Assembly (NCBI RefSeq): GCF_009914755.1
Contig: NC_060930.1
Origin: the human T2T-CHM13v2.0 reference genome, Homo sapiens
DNA length: 64,000 bases
Reading direction: 5' to 3' (one strand)
The notes under the pieces were generated by a model, which searched no databases, had not been told where the DNA came from, and saw only the letters and a list, made by a program, of their open reading frames with translations. The first letter of the stretch is position 1; each line of letters opens with the position of its first letter. The position numbers and the translations under genes were made by a program. Below are positions 13,725 through 25,737 of this stretch, piece by piece.

Positions 13725-14304
13725 ATATAAAAGTTGGAGACATTTAATATTTTGTCCCTGACATTCTACACATTTACCCTTAAATATTAGAGTACTTTCC
13801 CAAGAATATATAACCACACTACAATTATCAAAATCATTAATTAGTACAGTGTCACAGTTCTTTTTATGTGAATCAATTGTACATATTCAAATTTCATCTA
13901 TTGCTTTGTTATTGTCCTTATTAGCTATTTTTGTTTTTTCAATATAAGGTTCAATTCAATCCATGCATTACATTTATTTACCACATTACATTAGTCTTTT
14001 TTAATCTGTAAGAATTCCTTAGCCTTTCCTTGGCTTTCATGACCTTGACATTTTAAAAAAATTGCAGGAGACTTATTTTATGGAGTGCTCCTCCATTTAG
14101 TTCTGACTCCTGCTTGCTAATGATTATATTTAAATGATGCACTTTTGATAGGAACATCACAGAAGTGATGCTGTGTCTCCCTCAGTGCCTCATATTAGGA
14201 AGCACATGTGTCAGTTTGTCCCATTATTGCTGATGGTAACTTTGATTATTTGCCTAAGGAGATAGCTGCTAGGTAAATCCACTATAAAATTATTGGTCCT
14301 TCTT

Positions 14305-14358
<54 letters not shown>

Positions 14359-14625
14359 TATATATATATACACACACACATATATATACACACATATATA
14401 TATATACACACATATATATATATACACATATATATATATACACACATATATATATATATATGTAGTTTGGAGTGAGTTACTTTGACAATATTCAAACATC
14501 CTGATCCTCATTAAACTTTTGCCTGCTAGTTTAGCTCATGCACTCGATTTTTGTCTTACTCGATTTTTATAATAGTTTCTAAGTGTTGTTGTTTCTAATG
14601 CTATCATTTTTTCTATCTATCAGTA
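13725..14625 (-). mobile_element. L1MC-type 3' region, old; host of several nested insertions and resumes at ~15617-15786
   Basis: GGAACATCACAGAAGTGATGCTGTGTC...TCAGTGC...GTTTGTCCCATTATTGCTGATGGTAACTTTGAT, typical of antisense L1MC4/5 3'UTR. Confidence 0.65.
14308..14462. repeat. Compound (TA)n/(CA)n microsatellite
   Basis: Direct observation. Confidence 0.95.
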
Positions 14626-14959
14626 CTTGTAAAAGTTACTTTCAGCTGAACTAGAATAGCTCAATTCATATCTCCAGGGATGCCTGGAAGTTTGAAACTG
14701 ACTCTTGGCCAAGAGAAGAGTGAAAGGACTAACAAATGATGTATAATATAGTGTTTAAAGTTTGAAACTTTCCTGGTGTCACCAGGCCAGTTTGCATATT
14801 CATGGATTATACCTGGTGTAACTGGTTATACAGGTTGGCTTGGCCATGTGACTAGAAGAGTATACAAGTTCCCACTGGGAATTTTTCAGAAGCTCTTTCA
14901 AAACCTAGATGCTTTGTACAAGTCATAGTGCTTTCTATTTCAAAGATGAAGCGCATCTT

Positions 14960-15110
14960 GTGGAATGTTCCCAACACAAGGAAATGATAAATGTTTGTAG
15001 GTGATGGATATCACAATTACATGGATTTTATCATTATACAGTGTATGCTTGTATCAAAATATCATATGTCCCATAAATGCACACAATTATATATCTATAA
15101 AAATTAAACG
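14960..15110 (+). mobile_element. L1MA 3'-end fragment
   Basis: AATGTTCCCAACACAAGGAAATGATAAATGTTTG...GTATCAAAATATCATATGTCCCATAAAT. Confidence 0.8.
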
Positions 15111-15136
15111 TAGATTTAACAAAAGAATAATTTTGC

Positions 15137-15461
<325 letters not shown>

Positions 15462-15786
15462 TCAGGCTAATAATTCTTGTCTGTATACTCTTTCTTTTGC
15501 TGTGCTATATATTTTGCCTTTGTTGAATGTTTTTCACAAGTATGCTCTCTGAAGTCTTTTGTATCCTTTTTACTATCTGGTCCTGTGAAATACTATTATA
15601 TCGTAAGACGGGGCATTCCCTTTTCTCTCATTGATTCATTTATACATTCATTTTTGTCAATATGCACTCATAGTTTCTTGCTTAATTCCACAAAAATCCT
15701 GTTACTATCATTTCTTTGGATGTTAAAATTTCTAAGTTTTGACTATTGGGAGATCTTTCAAGTTGGTTGTATTGTGTCGTTGACAG

Positions 15787-16345
15787 GTATAGAGAAAACA
15801 ATTATATATCTTCCTTTACCCATTTTGGATTCATGGCTGAAGCCCCTATACCAAAAAACATATTGAAAAGATAAAAGCATACAAGTTTATTTAATGTCAG
15901 TTTTACCTGGCACAGGAGTCTTTACAAGAAAATGAAGACCCTGAAAAACAGTTAAGCCTTAGTGTTTTTTTATAGTAGGTTTAGTGGAAATTGCACAGTT
16001 TGGAGAAGTCTAATAGGGCAAAAATGATATAATCTAGTGCTAATAAACTGGGGTGGGGGGAACTCAGCAAGGCTTATTTGATCATATTCTTCTGAGTCCC
16101 TGTGTCTTCAGTGATAAGGATGCCTGTTTCCACCAGGTATGGGGAGGGCATCTGTCACATGAAACTCTACGACCTGCTTCAGCGGAAGGTAAGAGAAGTC
16201 TTCCTAGTTTTTGTGAACTGCTTCAGGGAAGAGATGAGAGGAAGTCAAAATGAACTTTCTCCTTCAGTCATTTTCTCAAATTCCTTCAGTTTAAAACATT
16301 CAATATGCCAAGAGATGTATTTAATAGTCACATATCCTAAAGCTA
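15787..16345 (-). mobile_element. ERV1 LTR, MER31/MER34/MER39/MER67-like
   Basis: TTCTCAAATTCCTTCAGTTTAAAACATTCAATATGCCAAG near one end; AAAAGCATACAAGTTTATTTAAT (antisense polyA signal) near the other. Confidence 0.65.
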
Positions 16346-16410
16346 TTTTACATGCATTTCTCTGCTTTAGTTTTGTATGACAGCAAGAGGTCCATGTGTG
16401 CATATACACA

Positions 16411-17466
16411 CGGTATATCCTTTTCCACAGGTTGCCTTCTGTGATTTCAGTGATCTGTGGTCAAGCACAGTCTGAAAATATTAAGTAGAACATTTCAGAA
16501 ATAGACGATTTATAAATTTTAAGTGATTCACTGAGTAGCATGGTGAAATCTCCTGCTGCCCAGGGTGTGAATCATCCCTTTGTTCACCTCAACCAGGTAA
16601 TTGGCTACTCTACTCCTTAGGCACATAGTTGCTATCTTTGTTATTAGATCGACTGTGGCAGTATTGCAGTTCTTGCGTTCAAGTAACACTTATTTTAGTT
16701 GATACTGGCCACAAAGTGCAAGAGTACTGATGTTGGCAATTTGGATATGTCAAAGAGAAGCCATAAAATGCTTCCTTTAAGTGAAAAAGTACACCCTTTT
16801 TCTTAAAAAGAAAAAAAATATGCTGAAGGTGCTGAAATCTACGGTAAGAATGAATCTTCTAATCTCCAAATTGTGAAGAAGGAAAAAAAAATTCATGCTA
16901 GTTGTATTAGTCTGTTCTCACATACCAGACTGGGCAATTTACAGAGACATACCCGAGACTGGGCAATTTGTAAGAAAAAGAGGTTTAATGGACTCACAGT
17001 TTCACATGGCTGGGGAGGCCTCACAATCATGGCAGAAGGTGACAGAGGAGCAAAGTTATGTCTTACATAGTGATAGGCAAGAGATCTTGTGCGGGGGAAC
17101 TCCAGTTTATAAAACCATCAGATCTCGTGAGACTTACTACCATAAAAACAGTATCAGGGAAATAGCCGCCATGATTCAATTATCTCCACCTGGCCTCATC
17201 CTTGACGTGGGGATTATTACAACTAAAGGTGAGATTTGGGTGGGGACATAGCCAAACCATATCACTAGTTTTGCTGGAGCTCTTCAAACTGCAAAAATTA
17301 GGGCCAGTGTGTGATAAGTGCTTAGTTAAGATTGGAAAGGCATTAGAGCATGAAAGACATGAGCAGAAATATGTTCTGACAGATGATAATAGGGTTCAGT
17401 ACTATCCTTAGTTTCAAGCATCAACAGGGTTTCTTGGACCATATCCCTGCAGATAAGAAAGGACTA

Positions 17467-17469
<3 letters not shown>
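16411..17469 (+). mobile_element. MER44 (Tigger7-derived), split by a THE1 LTR
   Basis: GTCTGAAAATATTAAG, GTGAATCATCCCTTTG, degenerate transposase N-terminus GAGAAGCCATAAAATGCTTCCTTTAAGTGAAAA, end GCAGATAAGAAAGGACTAC. Confidence 0.85.
16903..17264 (-). mobile_element. THE1 (THE1B-like) solo LTR
   Basis: TGTATTAGTCTGTTCTCA ... GCCAAACCATATCA; perfect 5-bp TSD CTAGT (16898-16902 / 17265-17269). Confidence 0.93.
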
Positions 17470-17541
<72 letters not shown>

Positions 17542-17628
17542 AATATATATACACACACACGTATATATACATATGTATGTATATGTGTGTGTGTGTGTCT
17601 GTGTATGTACAAATATATACACACACAT
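17470..17628. repeat. (TA)n(CA)n(TG)n compound microsatellite at the MER44 TA target site
   Basis: Direct observation. Confidence 0.95.
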
Positions 17629-18099
17629 AGGTTTTTAATATCTCAATGCAGGACAAAAGGGTTAACTCTAGCCTAACTCGTTTCTAATATTCCAATTTTC
17701 TTTCACCGGTGAGAACCAGCTTCCTATTATTCTCAATATAGTAATCATTTGCTCAATTTCAAAATACCTAGAAAGAATTTTTGCAATTGCTTGCCTACAC
17801 CACTGTGAAAGTAAACTTTTAGCTAGACTTTTCTGTTTACTTAAACTCAATTTTTGATCTTTAGCCTAAGGCTATATAGGAAAGTGTTATGATTAAAACT
17901 TTGATTAGGTCTTTTTCCCTTTTAAAGTGCTTATGTTATTTATATGTTTTGGTTTGTACTCTTTCTCAGTACTTAGTCTTTCTTATTTATTTTTGAGATT
18001 AATAATATGGTTCTAACATTCAAAACTCTGTATAAAGATATACTAAAAGATATGTCACTCCTCCATCAATCTCTTCCATCTTGTTCACACCCACTCCCG

Positions 18100-19900
18100 T
18101 GTTATACCATTTTAAATTCCCAACAGCCTATTTTCCCATAGCCTTGTCAACAGAGTTTATTAACTTTGGCAATTTTTGCTGATCTAGTAGTTGATAAATG
18201 ATAGTTCTTTGTAGTTCTACTTTTCTTTTCTCTCATTCTTAGTAAAGTTGAATGTTTTAAGTAGTTGAATAATCAGTATAATTTTGTACATTGTCTATTA
18301 TTTGTTGTCAACTTATTTTATCAGGTTTTTGTTTTTTTCCTAAATTTTGAATTTTTTATATATGAAAGGTATCACATTTTAACTGTGATTTTTGTTGCAA
18401 ACATGTTCTACAACTTTCCATTGTCTTTAGAATTATTTTATAATGTTTAGATTTTTTGTTACATAAAATGTGTAAATGTATTTGAATATATAAATGATTC
18501 CTTAAATTCCTTCAGGGTTTTGAGTCAGTTAGAACTTCTTTCTGTACATCTAGAATATATAAAACTTCACCAATGCTTTTTTTTTCCTCTACTTGAGTCT
18601 GTTTTGTTAGATATCTTAAATGTTTGGAGTTTATTGTGCATTATAACGCATGTTATCTTTTTCAGTGGGCTATGAAACCATCCCAACACAATTTATTAAA
18701 GTATCTGCCTACACTCTAGTAACTTCACAGGTCATCTTTATAATACATTAAATGTACTGGATAGCTTACATATATTTTTGGATTTTCTATTTTATTTCAC
18801 TGGTCTGTTTTTGATTTTGCACTCTATCATACTGTTTTAAATAGAGTGGCTTTACAGAGTGTTTAATAAACTGTTCACATGCATGATTTCAGCTATCCTA
18901 GTTATCCTTACAAAATTGTAATAAGCTTTTCTACATCCCTAAAAGTTTATAGATATTTTATTGATAGTCTAATAAATTCATAGTTACTTAGGAAGAAGAG
19001 TCACCTTTGTGATGGTAATATTATTAAACAATAAAATATTTATTTCCATTTGTTCAAATGTAATACGTCTCTTTCAGAGGTATTTTAAAGTTATCTTTAT
19101 AAACAATTTCTATGTTTCTATGTTTCTATGTTTCTCTCTATCATTATGTCTTTGAACTAGTTGTTTTATATCTATGGTTATGTCAAACAGAAGCCATAAA
19201 GTGCTTCCTTTAAGTGAAAAAGTAAACCTTTTTTTCTTTTTTCTTTTTTATCTTAAAAAGGTTCTTGATTTTTTGTATTAATCGTCTTCTGCTACCTTAG
19301 TGAATTATTTTATTGCTGAGTCAAATTTATTATTGATTCTAGGAAGGTTCTAGATATACTATCGTGTCATGGGCAAACAGAAATGATTGTACATCTAATT
19401 TTCCAATTTGTAGCAATAATTTATTTCTGTTGCAGATAGATATATCTAGTATAGTGTTCAATAGTAGAGGTTTTAGTCATATTTATTTTTGTCTGATGTT
19501 AGTGGCAATACTAATATTTCCACATTAAGCAGAATACTAGCTTTGTAAATAATGTATTTGTTTTTATCATGTTAAGGAAGTATCTATCTAGGTATTTTCT
19601 TAGTTATATTTTTAAGAGGAGCAGTCATTTATTTTTGCCAAAGGATTCTTCATCAGCTTTGGAGATAAGCATAGAATGTTTCTTCTTCAATATATTAATG
19701 GTATATTATATTAATAGATTCCCTAATATTAAACCAAGCTTGCATTCCTGGAATAAATGCCTAATGGTATTGATGCATTATTTTCTTGAAGTGATATGAA
19801 CACTATTGAGTACAATTTTCTTTAGGATTTTAATCACTATTAAATCATTCATTCTAAGTTTCTTTTTATGCTTATTTTTGGTGATTGGAGAAGGGATTTG
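18100..19900 (-). mobile_element. Old L1M ORF2 remnant
   Basis: T-rich antisense L1 motifs, e.g. TCCCAACACAATTTATTAAA, AACCAAGCTTGCATTCCTGGAATAAA, GTTAAGGAAGTATC. Confidence 0.7.
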
Positions 19901-21816
19901 TGAGCTTTGATAATTTTGCTATTATTTATCTATTTATTTATTTGCCTTCTTTTTTTTTTTTTTTTTTTTTGGAGAGCCCTCAATTTCCCACTTTTTCTTC
20001 CATTGCCGTAGTTACTGAATGTTAAAAAAGTCTCTCATTTTATTTTACCTTTCTCTTCTCCAGCAATGATGCCTCTCAAAGCTTAGCACAAAGAACTGTG
20101 CCCTCTTTTAATTCCTTTCTATGTTTAGTCATCTGAACAACCGCATTTCTTTAATTTCATACTCACAGTGGAATTTTTCTTGCTGGCAGTGACTACAGAT
20201 AAGTCTTGGTGCTTGTTCTTTCTTCTCTTTGGCAAAATTTACCTGGAAGGCATTCCTTTCACAGAAGTGAGACCAGGGAGTGTGAGAAATAGCTTCACTA
20301 ATATTTGGCTTATCTTTTTTATTCTTTTTGTTTAGTTAGAGATAATCTGATTGTATTTTTTCTGCCTTCTAGATGTTCTGAGTGTGAGGGTTCTGTGTAG
20401 TCACATGAGTTCTTATGGAGGAGCTGCATTGTCTTCTGAGAAACCATAAAGAGATACAGCTAGTGGTGACCACCATTTTCATTTTTTTGAGTATTTTTTG
20501 TATGATTGATTTTTTAATAAAAGTTGAAAGACATAAAAGAAATATGTATAATTTACTTAGAATAATGCCTAGCAACATAAGTACATATGACATAAAACAA
20601 CATTTATAAAATATATTATGAAAATCACAGCATTTAACCATGTCAAGTTCTTATTGTGTGCTGACTTCATTGGTGGGAACAGAAGCCTCAAACAAGCCTA
20701 TTGGAATAGTAGGAGAGAGAGAGAGAGAGAGAAAAGAGAGAATTCTTATTTATGTTTGCCTATAGCCATCCCAGCTAAAATGTTCTCATATACACTGACT
20801 TCTACTATATAACAAAAGTCCCAAAACCTAGGTTCTGAGAACAATTATAGCAATATTAAAAGGTGAACATTTTTACTGTGATGTTAAAACAAAGGGCACA
20901 AAATTAAATTAACAGAACATCATTTGAGTTCTTACGAAAAAATATTCCAAAGCATATTCATTGAGGTTACCTCTGGGATTTCACCCAGATGTGCATTAAA
21001 ATGGTGCGGATGGAGGAAACATGTTCCATGAAATCAATTCTCCCTCTCCAACTTTCCTGTTTTATTAAGATGACTACTACATTGAATATAGACATTGAAT
21101 TCTTTTAGCCTAGCACATTTATTTATTTTTATTTATCATTTAAACCATTCTCCTGCCTCATCTACCTACATATGCCTATACAGCACCTAAATGTTGAGAG
21201 CAATGACAACTATTTTCATAAACTCCAACTATGTATAAATGTATAAATAACCATTTAACCTTTAAATATTGGGGTAATCACTCAGCAAGCCAAAGGCATA
21301 GATGTCACTAGTTTTAATGCACATGCTGATTTGCTCTTGGATTTTATCACTTACAACCATTAAGAATTGAAAGGATAATTTATCTTGAAGGTTGAAACAT
21401 GTGTCTTTTAACTAAGTGTTATCTAGGGACAAAAAAAAGGAACCATAAACAGATGGATTAGTTCTCTATGCACTAAATCTAAAGGGTACTGAGCTGCATG
21501 ATACGTTCTCTTTTGTTTTTATCTCTAGCTCAAGGTCACGATTGGAAAATAGTAATCCTCTCTGAAAGCTTCATACCACAGGAAGGTACATTTTATTGTA
21601 ACTATGTTCTCTTTATATTAATTGTTTTGTTTTTCTGCAATTAAGTTGAAAATCATATTAATTATATTGAGGTTAGTTTATTGCTTTTCCTATGCTTTAT
21701 GTATTTTTAAAGAGTTACATGATTAAAATAAAATTCAAGAAAGCTAGGAAAATGCATATTGGTAGACTGAATAAAGAGCTAAATAGTAAAAAATAACATT
21801 TATTAAGAAAATATAT

Positions 21817-22154
21817 ATTTTTTTATTTTATTATTATTATACTTTAAGTTTTAGGGTACATGTGCACAATGTGCAGGTTAGTGGAACGCAGCTCCTCACC
21901 AGCAACGGAACAAAGCTGGACGGAGAATGACTTTGACGAGTTGAGAGAAGAAGGCTTCAGACGATCAAACTACTCCGAGCTACAGGAGGAAATTCAAACC
22001 AAAGGCAAAGAAGTTGAAAACTTTGAAAAAAATTTAGACGAATGTATAACTGGAATAACCAATACAGAGAAGTGCTTAAAGGAGCTAATGGAGCTGAAAG
22101 CCAAGGCTCAAGAACTACGTGAAGAATGCAGAAGCCTCAGGAGCCGATGCGATC
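21817..22154. mobile_element. Tiny rearranged young L1 (L1PA3-like): antisense polyA plus 3' end fused to a sense ORF1 fragment
   Basis: TSD AAGAAAATATAT at 21805-21816 and 22155-22166; 21817-21882 is the L1 3' terminus (-); 21883-22154 encodes ERSSSPATEQSWTENDFDELREEGFRR...RSRCDQ of ORF1p (+). Confidence 0.93.
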
Positions 22155-22194
22155 AAGAAAATATATTAAGAGCTATTTACTTTAAATAAGCAGT

Positions 22195-22350
22195 CATTTA
22201 ATACCTTTTTTACCCTTATAATTTAGATAATTTATGTCAATTTTACAGATGAGGAGATGGAGGCTAATCCTTTATGTAACTATTATAAAGTCATAGTCTT
22301 TCTGTTAAGCACAACAGCTCAGATTAAGCACCAGGGTTATGTGATATTTT
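22195..22350 (-). mobile_element. MIR fragment
   Basis: ATTTTACAGATGAGGAGATGGAGGCT core. Confidence 0.6.
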
Positions 22351-22434
22351 CTATAGTTTAATACATAGTAGATTATTAAGGGATCCCAGTATTTCTAGAA
22401 ATATAGTTATCATGTAATATAAACTGTTTTGAGG

Positions 22435-23550
22435 TTGTTATTGACAAATAGAAAGATACATGGATCAATGAAACAAAGAATCCAGAATAGACCACATATA
22501 TGGCTAATAGATTTTTGACAAGGAGGTAAATTCAATGAATGAAGAATATCTTTTCAAAAATTGATGCTGGACAATTGGATGTCCACAAGCTAATAATGAA
22601 ACTCAACCTCATATCTTATATAATAAGTCAAAAGAAATCATAAATTTAAATGCAAAATTATAAATCATTGAATGGAAAAAGGAGAAAAATATTTTGTTAC
22701 TTGATGTTAGACAAAGTGCTTAAATGTAACAGTAAGCTACAAAGCGGGAATATTTGCCAATCATATATCTGACAAAGTGCTTGTATTCAGAATATATAAA
22801 GAACTCTCAATATTTGACAGAAAGAAAACAAATACCCCAATTAAAAAAATAAATGAGTGCAAGACTTTAACAGACACTTCATCAAAAGGATATATAAAAG
22901 TTTAAAAGAACATTAAAATATGTTGAACATTACTAGTGAGTAAGAAAACGCAAATTAAAAGCTGCAATGAGATATCAATGTAACACTTTTTAGAATGAAT
23001 AAATTGAAATGTATTGACAATTTCAAGTGATAGCAAGGAGTCAGTGCAACTGGAACTCTCGTGAATTGACTATTGTTATGGCACATTGCCTGACTACTCT
23101 GAAATAGTTTGACACTTTCTTATAAAGATAATTAAATACTTACTTTATGGCTCAGTAATCACACTCCTGTGTTTGTTCCAAAGAAAGCAACACTTATTTT
23201 CAAATAAAAATCTATACACAAGTGTTCACGTAATTTCACAAAACTAAAAACAACCCAGATTATCTTCAGCTTGGATGAATCTCAAAAACATTACACAAGT
23301 GAAAGAAGCCAGTCTCAGAAGTTCACATACAAGTTGAGCCCATTTATATGATATTCTCAAGAAGACAAATCTATAGTGACAGATGCCATCAATAGTTTCC
23401 AGAGACTAGTGGTAGAAGGACTCTGTGACTAAAGAAAAGGATATCATGAGGTCATGCTTTGTGGTAATGAATCCGTTCTGCACACTGATTGTTGTATAGT
23501 TACACATGATCTATGAAAGTGTTAAAATTCATAGAACTGTACACCAAAAA
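22435..23550 (+). mobile_element. Old L1 (L1MC/ME) ORF2 end plus 3'UTR
   Basis: GATTTTTGACAAGG, GCCAATCATATATCTGACAAAG, GGATGAATCTCAAAAACATTA...AGTGAAAGAAGCCAG, AAAATTCATAGAACTGTACACC. Confidence 0.8.
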
Positions 23551-24835
23551 ATATATTATCAAAATACTATTGTTGCTCTCAGAAGAGAGTCAATAGACAG
23601 CATCAATGGTTTCAAAGTTATAAACCATAAAATGCAATTTTGAATAATATTGCAAATTATTATATGAAAACATTATTCCATATGGGAAAGAACCACTCTC
23701 AGAAATACATCAGTGAATAGGCATTAGGGACACATAAACCTAAGAAACCGATTAAGAATATAAACAGAAACCAAGAGTAATAATTCTATTTATGTTAATT
23801 TTTCATACTTAGATAATCAAAATAAAAATATTTCAATTTTGCTCTGACACATTCCATTTTCAAGGAAGTTTATTTTTCAAAATAGTTTTAATTATACAAG
23901 CTTTTAAATAAGTCCAACATTATAATAAAATCGATTTGTTGGAAAATAAACAATTTTAAAATAATATAGCATTTTCAATTCTTAGCACCTCCTTTAACTT
24001 TCAAACGAATCTTGGTTTGGATAGCATATTGTTTTCCTTATAATTAAATAAATGAATAGTAGTCTTATTTTTTTTACTATGACTCAGAACATTAGTTTAT
24101 TTTTTCACACCTCATGCAATGTTTCTTCTCTCCTCTACATGTAGCTCAAGCTCTTTCTTCGTTTAGTAGAAATCCAGCTTCACCTTCTACTAGTCTTCCT
24201 TTTGGCTTTGCTTTGATTCCCTACAGACTTTGCTTGTCTGCCCTTGTTAGCAATGATCAGCTGTTGCTTAATACTGTTCCTTCCCATTATTTTTCTTATT
24301 ATATAATTTCTTCAAAATGGGAAAATATCTTTATGTCTCTTGCATAGAGGCACAGGATTTGCCTAGTATACTGTTATAGTCTACATAATGTTTGATGGAG
24401 TTATGGTGATTAACTAGGATAATATTATAATATCAACTTTTTGTCCATGGGGATGCCAACTAACAAATTTGAAATGTTATTAAACAAATTGTAGAGAAAT
24501 TGCTGCTGTACTGATGATCAAAATGTGTATACCTCTTCAAAAATATGTTATATTTAAAAGAAACAGGTGAGCTTAGAAAGTTAAACTGCATGAGAGCTGA
24601 CAGCTGTCCTGTCCTATTATAGAGAGATTTTTCTCAACTTGCAAGAATAAACGCTGAGAGTCAGCAAACTGACTTGCTCCTGTCACAGAGTAAGAAGACA
24701 AGTGTCAAATTCCAAGAGTATGCACATAGCACCTTTGGGTATCAAGTTTCCTGTTGTAAATAGAGGACAAAACACCATGAAAACTAATGAGCAGTGGGCC
24801 ATTTCTATACTTTTTTGATACAAATAGAGAATTTT

Positions 24836-24950
24836 TGCCAGGCACAGTGGCTTATGCTTACAATCCTAGCACTTTGGGAGGCCAAGGTGGAGGGATCACT
24901 TAAGGCCAGGAATGGAGACCAGCCTGGGCAACGTAGTGAGACCCCCATAT
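24836..24950 (+). mobile_element. FLAM/AluJ left monomer
   Basis: GCCAGGCACAGTGGCTTATGC...GAGACCAGCCTGGGCAACGTAGTGAGACCCC with no right arm. Confidence 0.85.
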
Positions 24951-25243
24951 GTATATCTTTTTTTAAAACAGAGAGAGAGAAAGTCTTTGGTGTGGGGGAG
25001 GGGAGACGTGTTTTTATATATAGGTAAGAAATCCCGTAAATCTCTAAGATTTAATTATATCATAAATATAATTACATCATAATTAATTACATTAAATTAA
25101 CAGCTGTGTTTCCTAAGATATTCAGCCTCATTTCTACTCGAAAATGTATACCTTCTTTTAGTAGCCAGTTGATTTAGCGGTAGAGTTTACTGAGGCAAGG
25201 GAGAAAAGGTCTCCAGATTTTTGACATAAGAAGTAACATTACA

Positions 25244-25530
25244 GGCAAGGTATGGTTGCTCACACCTGTAATCCCAGCACTTTGGGAGGTCCAGGGGTTC
25301 AAGACCGGCCTGGGCAACACAGTAAAACCCTGTCTCTATAAAAGATATAAAAATTAGCCAGGCATGATGACATGTGCCTGCAGTCCCAGATAATCAGGGG
25401 GCTGAGGTAAGAGGATCACAGGAGTCCACAAGGTCAAGACTGCAATGAGCTGTCATCTTGCCACATTGCCCTCCAGCTTGGGAGACAGAACAAGACCCTG
25501 TCTCAAAAAAAAAAAAAAAAAAAAGAAAAG
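25244..25530 (+). mobile_element. AluJ with an internal left-arm deletion
   Basis: GGGCAACACAGTAAAACCC, GAGGATCAC...AGGTCAAGACTGCAATGAGCTG (J diagnostics); polyA tail. Confidence 0.88.
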
Positions 25531-25737
25531 AAGAGGAATATTAAATGCTAAGCTTCCTTGATAGTGGTAATTATTCATGTCTGAACCTTACAATACCTTA
25601 CAACATTATGTGAAGAATATATAATAAAATTTTTATTGAATGGATATTATATATATAAAATATAATTTCCAGAAATAAATATTAAGTTAGAAAGCATTTT
25701 AAGTATAAAAATTAATTTTAATTCTTGCTCTTCATAT

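Noticed and set aside
14290-14511. YI/CV-repeat ORFs (also 17383-17676)
   Set aside because: Translations of TA/CA microsatellites
20161-20245. Possible - strand exon ending in GTGAGT
   Set aside because: Weak acceptor, unrecognised peptide, adjacent to and probably part of degenerate old L1 sequence
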